64,000 nucleotides of DNA. Source: a virus (lineage: Duplodnaviria; Caudoviricetes). Position 1 is the stretch's first letter. Every line of letters starts with the position of its first letter. Position numbers and translations under genes: made by a program. Below, in pieces: positions 37,301-45,832 of the stretch. The notes beneath the pieces were generated by a model. That model ran no database searches and was not told the origin of the DNA. It saw only the letters and a program-made list of their open reading frames with translations. The stretch is taken from the IMG/VR virus record IMGVR_UViG_3300028186_000155; one strand, 5' to 3'.

Positions 37301-37988
37301 CGCAGGAAATTACACGCTGGTTTGGTCGTGCGACGATTCCGGGGCGGCCTACATCAACTGTTCGTTGCTGGCGTCGAAAGGTAGTAACTGGCGGGATATC
37401 CAGCGCAATGCGTTTACTGTGACCGATGGATCAAAACCGACATTGGTAACAATTGCGTATTCCAACGGCGGCGACGTAGCGTGGGCAAACTGGGCAATTC
37501 TGGATGCGGGCGGAAATGCAGTTTCTGTCAGTGGTCCAAACCTGCCGGGCAACTCTTCGGCAGCGGGAAATTATCTGGCAAATATTGCAGGTTCTCCGCT
37601 CGGTGAAACTTACGATCCGGGCCGTAGCCGCGTAGGTTGGATGGTTCACTGGGGTGGTTCGATTTGGGGCACCGGTACAAACTATGCGTGGTGGTCGTGT
37701 GAAAACGAAATTGATATTCCAGCAGATGGCACGTATTACGCGGTAGCAGATGCCGACGATGCGATGGGCCTATACATTGACTGCACTGGGCGGCCCACAA
37801 ACGGTACGCCATTTGTTTTGAGTGCAGGCCGCGTAAAAGTTCACGTGCGTTGCTACAACTACAAAGCAAAAGATGCCAACTGGTTCGGTTTCATTTTGTA
37901 TAAAGCCGATGGTACGCCGGTTTACACCAGCAGGGCCGCAGGTTGGAAAGCAAAACGCGCTGATCTGGATTTCTCGGGCATGAGTTGA
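34344..37988 (+). CDS. Large Cys-rich adhesin-like virion protein with four PA14-like domains and a split Calx-beta domain
   Basis: Four I.IPA.G.Y....ADD....YIDC-type repeats; Calx-beta halves FDVKL.....VTFDW..TA / DY.PVSG. Confidence 0.75.
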   Translation: MSDLAARSPNGAWVNICSSEWKVMQDDGTWQQLDPLNDLRVRHGSNDYWLQIDCDDGGDYCPPEELAKCWPGRTGNFETSTFKIAGPTGFQVCDCDGNNCKTYTGHTPDYNQVGGRFRATAPIVENTVAYSLPVTFAGSEAEINEILVYAGTRSGHIEVSCLELDANVRVRIYNDCVLLGDSDVSGNYFNVFFNTEPAELKETDCGEPVPANNFLTVRVDGPTGARWQVKLGEVNITQKTSFQRPAACFGTHGPVVPCFVNDDGNYLQQDHTTYENVHYIPNAGPVYIDLTVSGVSPVTFEVFYNGGKIAERTTTNSAQVQTVSSTLVFNHNIVGGDNYVVIRYTAPRGYDTWYYSIYCPGLKGSRLNLAPVMKVPRDLPLDILCQPLSPSLNPNFAIVGQGTPRADIYFDYSGELAGDIAFEYFASDAVQFLIFQGNYPNEVLVAGTPATVTGHGRFHFRFNPGGGNVMRVLVMGPCCPDWSFQISGAIPPPIIDIFDAEIQRPAGGQTALLCFDVKLRNKTPQRVTFDWDITPLTAIPSPEGNCLITEVVEQSPYCNIVATGTGRGGPYDNNTNIGYPQALQVSSSLHDPNCAVGGQYYVIETEIEIPADGTYTLVGTADDNLDVYLDCEKVFAGPRYEDAWRGTHRGSFTAKAGWQTLSAVYQNVPNCTVGWAKFVIIDAAGTVVFATNPTTQVWRSKAGAISVEPPTQVPMNYPADYNPVSGSGAIESCTDGTRVCVPICGSDLVGPDVQLQLNIKNIINADLGDLTAIGTIKNGNFASCEQNTNVAVLDAGPDEFVNRGARKMYVNKLSGNAGAVYVMDTTINVAAGGIYTAYFYGIDTAELFIDCAKIATTTAATGAAKVRFVMNAGARKVYINYYTSASNGKRTGYAAMALVDSLNRIVYASNAADWRGRIIVPGTEPNCSQFPPTCEIFGNSVEQQSHSGASGNYTVGYGAIKVRSSLHSNSPPGSGTWSVQYKPQLPAGNYTLVWSCDDSGAAYINCSLLASKGSNWRDIQRNAFTVTDGSKPTLVTIAYSNGGDVAWANWAILDAGGNAVSVSGPNLPGNSSAAGNYLANIAGSPLGETYDPGRSRVGWMVHWGGSIWGTGTNYAWWSCENEIDIPADGTYYAVADADDAMGLYIDCTGRPTNGTPFVLSAGRVKVHVRCYNYKAKDANWFGFILYKADGTPVYTSRAAGWKAKRADLDFSGMS

Positions 37989-38035
37989 TTTTGAGTGGGT
38001 GTCCTATGGGCACCCCTTGATAAAGGGTGATTTTA

Positions 38036-40072
38036 ATGGCGAGTAAGTTAACACGAATCCCCACGCAGATGATTTCCACCAAAGGGTCTACCCTCGGGGA
38101 TATCCTGCGTGACACTGGCGAAACTTTCGAACCCAGTCAAGAACGAAAAAACGCAACGGGCGTTCTGAAATCTGGTGAATACGATAGCCAGACCGGTACG
38201 CTGAAACTGACCAACTCTGATGATTCGGTAATTCTCCTTAACGGATTCCCGACCGCTGCAAATATCGGGGTTGGCGCCACGGGTCCAACTGGCCCACAAG
38301 GCGAAAAAGGAACAAATGGTCGTGATGGAAAAGATGGGCGCGATGGTGCACAAGGTTGCATTGGTCCAAAGGGCGATAGTGGTCCCGCTGGCCCTGCTGG
38401 TGGTTATGGTGGTATCGGCCCCCGTGGCCCTGTAGGCCCAACTGGTCCTCAAGGTCCGCAAGGTTTGCCCGGTGAAAAAGGCGATGTTGGTGCAACTGGC
38501 CCAGCAGGCCCTCAAGGCGTTTCTGGTGGTGCTGGTTCGATTGGCCCGACCGGTCCCCAAGGCGTAATCGGTTTGACCGGTGCAACTGGCCCCGAAGGCG
38601 CAAAAGGCGAAACCGGCGCCACGGGTCCAACTGGCCCGCAAGGTTTGCTTGGCCCTACAGGTCCAAACGGTTTGCAAGGTCCAGCGGGTCCAACTGGCCC
38701 GATGGGTGTTGGCGAACGCGGCCCTGCTGGTTCTGCGTCGATTTTCACCAACAGTTCGTGGCTCAGCAACGATGCACGAATTGGCCGTTATTTCTCGCTG
38801 GAATCTGGTGATAAAACGGTCGAAGTTTTCGGTTCGTTCAAATCCAGCACACCGGTACAAGTTTTCGACATTCCATTCGAATACAACGGTGCGGCGGCAC
38901 GTGCTGTTAAGGTCTATATTTCTTTCAACACGTGGAACCCAGCGGCTGCTGGTTCGACCTATACGATCACGCAAAGCGCGACAATTGACGGACAAACTTC
39001 GCATAAATTCACGTTTACTGCGAGCGCCGCAATTGCCAACCTCGATTTCAATTGGCGCGTTGCGATGTTTGATACCAGCCCAACGCCAGACGTGCGCATG
39101 TACGATACGGAACTGGACGTTGCACGTCCGGGCAACCCTGCAATCACCGCCACGCTGAAGTTCCCGGCCCTGCTGTCGGTTGATAGTGAGGAAACGGTTT
39201 TGGTTGACTGGGAAACTGTGTCGGATAATGCGATTGGTTCCGGCATTCCGGTGCCAACCACTCAGCAGCTGTTTGATTCGTGGTACAAATCGGCAGGCCC
39301 TGATTTCTTCGCACCGTCGCAAACCATTCCGTCTAGCTCTGAAGGCGCAACACTGGTCTTCGATAACGGGCGCATTGAAGTTACGCGCAACACTGCAAAC
39401 TATATCGGAATGTTTAGCCCGATTTCTTTCGAGAAATTCGAGTTGCAGGCAACCGTAAGTTCGGCAGACGCAGACGACGACGCAATTGGTTTGGTGGTGG
39501 CGCATGTACGTCAAAACGGGCAAAACCACATGCTGCTGGCCCTGCGAAATCAGGGCGGTTTCGGTGGATTGTCCACCGCTTCACGCAAAAACTTCATGCT
39601 GGTTTATGTGCGTGATAACACCACGGTCAAAGAACTGGGCGCCGTTGACATTGGCGTAACCGAAAACAAATGGAGTGGCAAAACCAGCGTCATGAAAGTG
39701 GTGCGTGACGGTGATTCTGTGCAGTGCTTCGCCTCGCCGTTCAACAGCGCCACTCTGGACGCTACGCCTTTGTCGGTGAATTTGGCATCTGATCCAGATT
39801 TGGCAATGTTCCGCGATAGCTGCCGTTTCGGTTGGTTCGCTGCCTCGCAAGCTGGTTCCGTGTGGCAAAACATTTCGTTCAATTTCGGCACCGCCGATTA
39901 CGTGAGTGCATCTGGTACGCTGGAATTCGCACCGGGCGAAAAAGAAAAAGAAATTCCAATCACAATCTACGGAACGTCCACGCCTAATCCGCCTCAGAAA
40001 ACTGTTTCGGTGCGGCTGTCGAACGCCCGTAACGCCAACATCACGGTTGCAACAGGTGTCGGCACATTCTGA
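38036..40072 (+). CDS. Collagen-like fibre protein 4 with Calx-beta and lectin-like domains
   Basis: LTRIPTQMI start; about 48 triplets; [22 protein letters not shown] Calx-beta; DDDAIGLV. Confidence 0.85.
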   Translation: MASKLTRIPTQMISTKGSTLGDILRDTGETFEPSQERKNATGVLKSGEYDSQTGTLKLTNSDDSVILLNGFPTAANIGVGATGPTGPQGEKGTNGRDGKDGRDGAQGCIGPKGDSGPAGPAGGYGGIGPRGPVGPTGPQGPQGLPGEKGDVGATGPAGPQGVSGGAGSIGPTGPQGVIGLTGATGPEGAKGETGATGPTGPQGLLGPTGPNGLQGPAGPTGPMGVGERGPAGSASIFTNSSWLSNDARIGRYFSLESGDKTVEVFGSFKSSTPVQVFDIPFEYNGAAARAVKVYISFNTWNPAAAGSTYTITQSATIDGQTSHKFTFTASAAIANLDFNWRVAMFDTSPTPDVRMYDTELDVARPGNPAITATLKFPALLSVDSEETVLVDWETVSDNAIGSGIPVPTTQQLFDSWYKSAGPDFFAPSQTIPSSSEGATLVFDNGRIEVTRNTANYIGMFSPISFEKFELQATVSSADADDDAIGLVVAHVRQNGQNHMLLALRNQGGFGGLSTASRKNFMLVYVRDNTTVKELGAVDIGVTENKWSGKTSVMKVVRDGDSVQCFASPFNSATLDATPLSVNLASDPDLAMFRDSCRFGWFAASQAGSVWQNISFNFGTADYVSASGTLEFAPGEKEKEIPITIYGTSTPNPPQKTVSVRLSNARNANITVATGVGTF

Positions 40073-40078
40073 TGACCG

Positions 40079-40107
40079 AAAGGGGCCGATAACAAGGCCC
40101 CTTTTTT
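40079..40107 (+). terminator. Intrinsic terminator
   Basis: AAAGGGGCC/GGCCCCTTT hairpin with T6. Confidence 0.75.
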
Positions 40108-40116
40108 GGAGCATTT

Positions 40117-43100
40117 ATGGCAAAAATTCAGGGCGCAACAGCTTACGCCACAACGTCTTACGGTAGTACGCCTTCGCAGGCCATTGACGGGTCCACCCTA
40201 ACGCGCTGGGAATCCAACAACACTTACGCTGCGACCGTAAACGACGTTTTTGTTTTGGGTTTTCCCCGGCGTGTAACCCCTAAGCAAATCCGTTTGCTGT
40301 TCCGTACATGGGGACAAGATTTACACGTTGGTTATTCGCACACTGGCGGCACAGTAAAATCCAGCTACACCGAAATAAAAGTCGTCAACATTGCCACCGA
40401 ACCAAACGACTCTTTGGGCAATAAGTGGAATGTCGTTACCGACAACAACGGTGGTATGGATGTTAGTTCGTCCAACGTATTGCTTCTGCCTGAAAACGAA
40501 ATTGCGGCTCAGTATTGGGCAATCTGGATCAACAACGCAACAGGCGTTGACCGGCTGCGCATTTGGGAAATTTCGCTGCATGATACGGTTGGTGATGAAG
40601 GCATAAACCCAACGCTGCCCAATAGCATTCCAGTGCCTCCTTTCACTGCGTCTCCTAGCCCATACTGGAAGCGCACAGAATATTCCACGCCCGGCCCGTT
40701 TTCACATACGCCAGACGCCGACACTAAACTTATGTTTTTGGTGGCACAAGGCGCGGGTGCTGGTGGTCGAGTTGTTCATAAACTGGATGGATCAATTACG
40801 CCTGTATCCGGTCCCGGCGAAGCCACTACTATTGCGTCCGCAGCCGGAACTATTCTTACTGCAAATGGTGGTGCTAATGACGGCACTGGCGGTTTGCTTT
40901 ATGACGATCGTGGTAAATCTACAGAAAATTGGATTCGATACGATTATCGCGCAGGCATAAATGGCGGTGTAGTTGTGGCTGGTGGTGCATTAGCCTCGCC
41001 AGCTGGCGCTAATACCGGCGTCCTCGGTGCCACAACTGGTGCAAGTTTTATCCTTGTTCCAGCTGGCCAGCCTGTAACCAACACGTTTACAGGCACGTCC
41101 GAAATTAAAGGCACCGTAACCTATGAAAAGTTTGCGCGTGATGCAGCATACGGGCTGAAAAGCCAAGTTACTACTGCAAACGAGAGTGGGTATGTTGAAT
41201 ATTCTTTCCTTGGGTATGCAGGCCGAAACGTCACGATTAACGTCCGTCGCAATATTGGTTATCCGACCATAAATGCGGCTGGTCGCATTCGATTTAACGG
41301 CGTCCTCCGATCTACATTTAGCGGTGTTTCAGAGCAAACCGAAGCCTTTACCTACGCAATGGTTGACGGTGTTAACACCGTCCGGTTGGAATTCGGAAAC
41401 CTGTCACCTGTTCAAGCCGGAACTTTTGCGTCTATCACATCGGTCGTACTTAGTGGTACAGGTGCGCCGGGTGTAAACGCTGGTGGATCGGGCGCATTAA
41501 GCCGTTTGTATATGGCACCTAAGCCATTAACCGGTGTTATTGGTAAAGGCGGTGTTGGTCAAGCTGGTGAGCAACCCAACGTAACAGCTGCACAAAATAG
41601 TACACGGGGTTCTGGTGGTGCACCGGGCGGTAATGGCGGTGACGGTGTAATTGTTGTTTACGAATACAAAGGTTTTATGGCTTATGGCGATTCGCCTTTG
41701 CCTACGTTCGCAAACTACAACGTGGCGCCCGGTACTGAAGTTGCAGGGGCCTCGCGCACCGATTATATCGGGCTAACGAATGGTGGCCAGCGATCTTTTA
41801 CTCACAAACTGCGCGAAAAAACCAAAAACGTTTTCATCATCATGGTGGGTGCTGGCGGTAGCCGCGAACTTGCCTCTATTTCGCAGCCAGATTCAACTGT
41901 AGTTGTGGCCGGTGCCGGTCGTTGGGAAGCCAAAAGTGGCTGGAACTCAACCGGCACCTCTGGCGTGTCTGGCGGCGTTTTTGTATCCGATAATGATTCT
42001 ATCAATTCGGGTGATGGCGTTGCAGGCATTTACGGATACGATACCCTAGCCACATCACCCATTGCAGGTAATTACGGGCGGGGTTCTGGTTCGTATCCGT
42101 ATAAGGGTGCGGGTGGTGCTGGTGCATACGGATTCTTTGCACTTTCCCAAGCTCAAATGGCTAGCCGTTCCATTGATATTTTGGTGGGCAACAACACGGC
42201 TACAACCTATCAGGAATTGCCGGGTGCTGTATTTGTTTTCGAAACAGAATCCGACAACGTTTTGCAGGTTACGCAGGTTGTAGAAGAGCTATTGGTAAAG
42301 GCCTCCGTTTCCAATACGCAAATCACGCAAAGTTCTGAACTGTTGTTTGCGAAATCTCCAATCGCCAATACGCAAACGTCGCAAACCCCGGAATTAATGC
42401 TGGTCAAGGAAGGCGAGCAAAACAACTGGCTGCAAGTTTCGTATGCCAATATCGGTTTTGTTGTAGACGCTGAAGATCCAGCAACTGCCGTGACCCAAAC
42501 CGCTGAACAGCTGCTGGTTAAACAGCCTGTAACGCAAACAATGCTGACCCAAAGTGCGGAAATGATTCTGGCCCGCGTGCCACGTATCCCATACCGCATG
42601 ACGCAGGTGGCAGAACTGGTTTTCGTCTCTGAAATTCCATCGGTTTTCTGGTTGAATTTCGGTGAAGTAAACGATCCGGTAAAAGATCAGATTTATACGT
42701 CGTTGACCGGTCGCGCTACCAGTGTGCAGCCCGGCGCCTATATCCAATTGGAAGGCCCTCACGCCGAAGGCACAACGATGTTTGTGAACGGGGTTGACGT
42801 TGGTTTGTCGTCGCCAATTGCCAATAATGATCGGGTGCAAATTGTTGGTGGCATCCCTAACTGGTGGCAGGCTTCGATTAACGTTTACACCTATTACCTT
42901 GTGAACGGCGAAGTGACCCGCGAACAGGTGGGAATGTGGCTGTTTAAACACGTGGTGCGCACCCCAACCAAACCCCGCGCCTACGCCGCACAATACACCA
43001 ATAACAAATGGCAATTCCTCAAAAATGGATTGTCTACTGCACAGCTGCCAAAATCCATTATTGGCCGTGCCTACGCCGCGCTTTCTAACACGCTTTCCGT

Positions 43101-44211
43101 TCTGGTTAGCCGTGGGTATTCTGCGCTGGGTGCCACGTTGGGCCAGCTGGTTTCCTCGGCACAACAGGCAACCAATAGCCTCGGGCAAATGGTGGTGCAG
43201 GCCAAGCATCAATTGGCTGAAGGTGCGCAGTCCCTCATTACCAAAACTTACGCAGCAGAATTCGAACAAAACGACTTCATTTTGCTGCAAACACAAGACG
43301 ACCAGAACACCGTTACATTCGATTCCGGCGTTGGCGTTGGTGCCGACCGTTTTGATATGACGGTCATTAATCCGAAAGTTAAATACGGCATTGTCCACGA
43401 TGTGGCCCAAGGTGAAATCAACGGCCCCGGCATGGTTCAATTCGAAAATGTTGAATTCATTGAATCGGGTGTTAATTCCGATGCGATGGAGATTGAATTC
43501 GAAACCCCGATTTACGTGGGCGTTGAACTGACAGACTTCCATTTCGAATACAACGCGGTTGGGAAATCCTACAGCGATGTGCAGGAATATGAAGCGGTGT
43601 TGAGTACCGGCTTTGCAGCCCCGTTCCTTATGGGCTTCACCGATACAATTGCCTATTCCGTTCTGCAAGAGTTCGCGTTTGTCGGTGTTCGTTCCGGTGG
43701 TACAGGGCTGGCTGATATCCCGCAAGGAACCGCTGACTTGTCGCAGGTTAAATTCGGGATCGGTGAATTGTTCGGCAATGAGAAATCGCACGGCCACACC
43801 GAGTTTGTGCAGCGGACGCCTGAAGTGCATGGCGCACATGATTTCCACAACTTCCAATCCTTCCCAGTTTATTCCGGTGCAATTGGTATTTCCACGTACA
43901 AAACGGGGATCATCAAACGCACCGAGCACGTGGAACGGGTGCAAATCAGCTGGATCAGGATTAAGGCACAAATGGGCGTGGCACAAAACACTCCATATCG
44001 CCCACAACAAGCCACCAACGGACGCGGTAAAGCCTCGCTGTATCAGGGCTTTGACACGTTGAGCGACGTGCTCGATTTCACTGCGAACTATGACGGTGTG
44101 ACTACCCTGCAAAAGTTCAATGGTTATGTTTATAACCTTGATGTAGACAAAACATTCGTTTGTGAAGTCTATTACAACGGTCCAATCAGTGGCCTCATGC
44201 AAGGTGGTTAA
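40117..44211 (+). CDS. Large tail fibre/receptor-binding protein
   Basis: N-terminal discoidin-like (AIDGS..TRW.S...I.EI.L), Gly-rich GAGAGG/GGDG.IVV.EY domains, 18-aa TQ..E repeats. Confidence 0.75.
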   Translation: MAKIQGATAYATTSYGSTPSQAIDGSTLTRWESNNTYAATVNDVFVLGFPRRVTPKQIRLLFRTWGQDLHVGYSHTGGTVKSSYTEIKVVNIATEPNDSLGNKWNVVTDNNGGMDVSSSNVLLLPENEIAAQYWAIWINNATGVDRLRIWEISLHDTVGDEGINPTLPNSIPVPPFTASPSPYWKRTEYSTPGPFSHTPDADTKLMFLVAQGAGAGGRVVHKLDGSITPVSGPGEATTIASAAGTILTANGGANDGTGGLLYDDRGKSTENWIRYDYRAGINGGVVVAGGALASPAGANTGVLGATTGASFILVPAGQPVTNTFTGTSEIKGTVTYEKFARDAAYGLKSQVTTANESGYVEYSFLGYAGRNVTINVRRNIGYPTINAAGRIRFNGVLRSTFSGVSEQTEAFTYAMVDGVNTVRLEFGNLSPVQAGTFASITSVVLSGTGAPGVNAGGSGALSRLYMAPKPLTGVIGKGGVGQAGEQPNVTAAQNSTRGSGGAPGGNGGDGVIVVYEYKGFMAYGDSPLPTFANYNVAPGTEVAGASRTDYIGLTNGGQRSFTHKLREKTKNVFIIMVGAGGSRELASISQPDSTVVVAGAGRWEAKSGWNSTGTSGVSGGVFVSDNDSINSGDGVAGIYGYDTLATSPIAGNYGRGSGSYPYKGAGGAGAYGFFALSQAQMASRSIDILVGNNTATTYQELPGAVFVFETESDNVLQVTQVVEELLVKASVSNTQITQSSELLFAKSPIANTQTSQTPELMLVKEGEQNNWLQVSYANIGFVVDAEDPATAVTQTAEQLLVKQPVTQTMLTQSAEMILARVPRIPYRMTQVAELVFVSEIPSVFWLNFGEVNDPVKDQIYTSLTGRATSVQPGAYIQLEGPHAEGTTMFVNGVDVGLSSPIANNDRVQIVGGIPNWWQASINVYTYYLVNGEVTREQVGMWLFKHVVRTPTKPRAYAAQYTNNKWQFLKNGLSTAQLPKSIIGRAYAALSNTLSVLVSRGYSALGATLGQLVSSAQQATNSLGQMVVQAKHQLAEGAQSLITKTYAAEFEQNDFILLQTQDDQNTVTFDSGVGVGADRFDMTVINPKVKYGIVHDVAQGEINGPGMVQFENVEFIESGVNSDAMEIEFETPIYVGVELTDFHFEYNAVGKSYSDVQEYEAVLSTGFAAPFLMGFTDTIAYSVLQEFAFVGVRSGGTGLADIPQGTADLSQVKFGIGELFGNEKSHGHTEFVQRTPEVHGAHDFHNFQSFPVYSGAIGISTYKTGIIKRTEHVERVQISWIRIKAQMGVAQNTPYRPQQATNGRGKASLYQGFDTLSDVLDFTANYDGVTTLQKFNGYVYNLDVDKTFVCEVYYNGPISGLMQGG
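42262..42633 (+). repeat. About seven 18-aa TQxxE[LM]h repeats
   Basis: VTQVVEELLVK, ITQSSELLFAK, TSQTPELMLVK, VTQTAEQLLVK, LTQSAEMILAR, MTQVAELVFVS. Confidence 0.75.
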
Positions 44212-44220
44212 TTTAATAGA
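44209..44220 (+). promoter_or_regulatory. Candidate late promoter TAATTTAATAGA
   Basis: Identical to 26759-26770. Confidence 0.5.
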
Positions 44221-44237
44221 AACGTTGGAGATTTCAC

Positions 44238-44660
44238 ATGGCATTAACACCTGTCAAAAAGCTAAGTGAAGTCGGCAACCGGTTGCGCAAGAATTTTCAG
44301 TTGAAAACCTTGCTGCTTAACCCCAACGCCACGGAAACATTTGTGATTGATTGCGGCAAGTCCGCAATCGTCCAAAGGCTTGAGGTTGACCAACCCTGTG
44401 TGGTCGAGGTATTCGGGACTGAAAGTCACAGTCCCATTCTCGACCAAACACCTTACCGGTTTGTCGCGGTCGCTGGTCATTTAGTCGATGATGGTTCTAC
44501 CACGCTGCGTGATGGAACCGTTATTAAATCGCGGCAATATTCGATTTTCGTGAACCTTGAGACGCCGGGTAGGCCTCAAGTGTATGGACAGATCACGAAT
44601 TCGCAACCGGTTGCCGCTTCGATTACTATCAAACTCATGTACCTTACGGTCGAGGATTAA
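44238..44660 (+). CDS. Putative structural protein
   Basis: SD GGAG; beta-rich; late operon. Confidence 0.6.
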   Translation: MALTPVKKLSEVGNRLRKNFQLKTLLLNPNATETFVIDCGKSAIVQRLEVDQPCVVEVFGTESHSPILDQTPYRFVAVAGHLVDDGSTTLRDGTVIKSRQYSIFVNLETPGRPQVYGQITNSQPVAASITIKLMYLTVED

Positions 44661-44662
44661 AA

Positions 44663-45820
44663 ATGGGTATCGCAATTCTTAAAGAGGGTTTCCCGACTGC
44701 GGGGAAGGTCACGCTGGATATCATCGATTCCATGCTGGCCAACGGATTTACCGCCATCTATCCAGTGGATGGCACCAACGTCTACGTCAAACCGACTGGC
44801 GCCACTGCTGAAAAATTCATTGTGGTTTTGGAAGCCGGGCCGGATGTTGACCCGCTGAATAAAACCGACGTAACCAAAAAACAACCATGGCGCGTTTCGT
44901 TCAACGTTTCTGATACCGCAACCCTCGGTGTTTTCGTTGGTTCTGACGCTGCGCTGCCTGCCAGTGGTGCGCTGCCATACGTTACCGCTTCCATTACCGA
45001 ATCCAGCGCAATCAACACGCGTATTGTTGGTGCAAAAGGTATTGTTGGTGAGGATTATACGCCACCACGTACCACCTCTAGCCAAAGCGCTCCGTATTTC
45101 GCTTCCGCTGGTCTGCCAGCTTCTTTCCAGCCGCATTGGAAAAACGTCACCGAAGGTTTCATTAACCGCAAAGCTCGCGTTTGGGTAGATATTGCCACAC
45201 AAACCAGCGGCGGCACCGAGCAAGTTCCGGTGGCTCCAACCGATCCGACCAAAGATATCAGCGCCACTTACCCACTGACCTATTACCTCGCAATTACCCC
45301 GCGTGGTTTCTTCCTGTCGATTTGGGAAGGTTCGGCGGCGGATATGAGCGGCACCAACTTCAGCTGGATGCTTGTGCAGCGCCCAGTAAAACGCGATACC
45401 GGCGAAGTTGTCACCGATGGCAAGGCCCCTGTTTTCTGCGTGAACTCGGTTGGCAACCAACTCAACCGTTTTGTGGTGCGCGAATCTGATGTGGTGGATG
45501 CTTCGGCAATTGCCCGTGCTGACGTGGATTCGAAAGACTGCACAGCCATCATCAACTCCAAAAAACAGGTTGGTGTTTCGGAAAATAACCAGTACATCGT
45601 AAACTACCCGTCGCGCCTGAATACCCCGCGCTACGCGTACACCTACGAACTGGATATGATCGGCTACGCGTCTGCTACCGTGATTTCTTCGACCACTGAA
45701 GTTCCACAAAAACTTTACAGCGAAGCAGAAGACCGGACCTATATCGGCCTGCAATCCAACATTGCACAAAACAACGGCATGCGCATTCTGGCCCTGAAGA
45801 AAGGCGCGGGCATCGCGTAA
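44663..45820 (+). CDS. Virion structural protein, paralogue 1
   Basis: Highly biased codons; shares LEAGP.VDPLNKT, VQRPV.RDTG, PSRLNT.RYAYTYELDM with next gene. Confidence 0.7.
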   Translation: MGIAILKEGFPTAGKVTLDIIDSMLANGFTAIYPVDGTNVYVKPTGATAEKFIVVLEAGPDVDPLNKTDVTKKQPWRVSFNVSDTATLGVFVGSDAALPASGALPYVTASITESSAINTRIVGAKGIVGEDYTPPRTTSSQSAPYFASAGLPASFQPHWKNVTEGFINRKARVWVDIATQTSGGTEQVPVAPTDPTKDISATYPLTYYLAITPRGFFLSIWEGSAADMSGTNFSWMLVQRPVKRDTGEVVTDGKAPVFCVNSVGNQLNRFVVRESDVVDASAIARADVDSKDCTAIINSKKQVGVSENNQYIVNYPSRLNTPRYAYTYELDMIGYASATVISSTTEVPQKLYSEAEDRTYIGLQSNIAQNNGMRILALKKGAGIA

Positions 45821-45832
45821 GGAGCAATTTAA

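Noticed and set aside
37997-38015. Hairpin GGGTGTCC/GGGCACCC as a terminator
   Set aside because: No convincing U-tract; may be a stabilising hairpin, not called
33340-38730. GGNCCN-rich repeats as a CRISPR array or DGR template/variable repeats
   Set aside because: They are 9-nt-period collagen codons inside ORFs; no spacers, adenine-specific variant pair or reverse transcriptase seen
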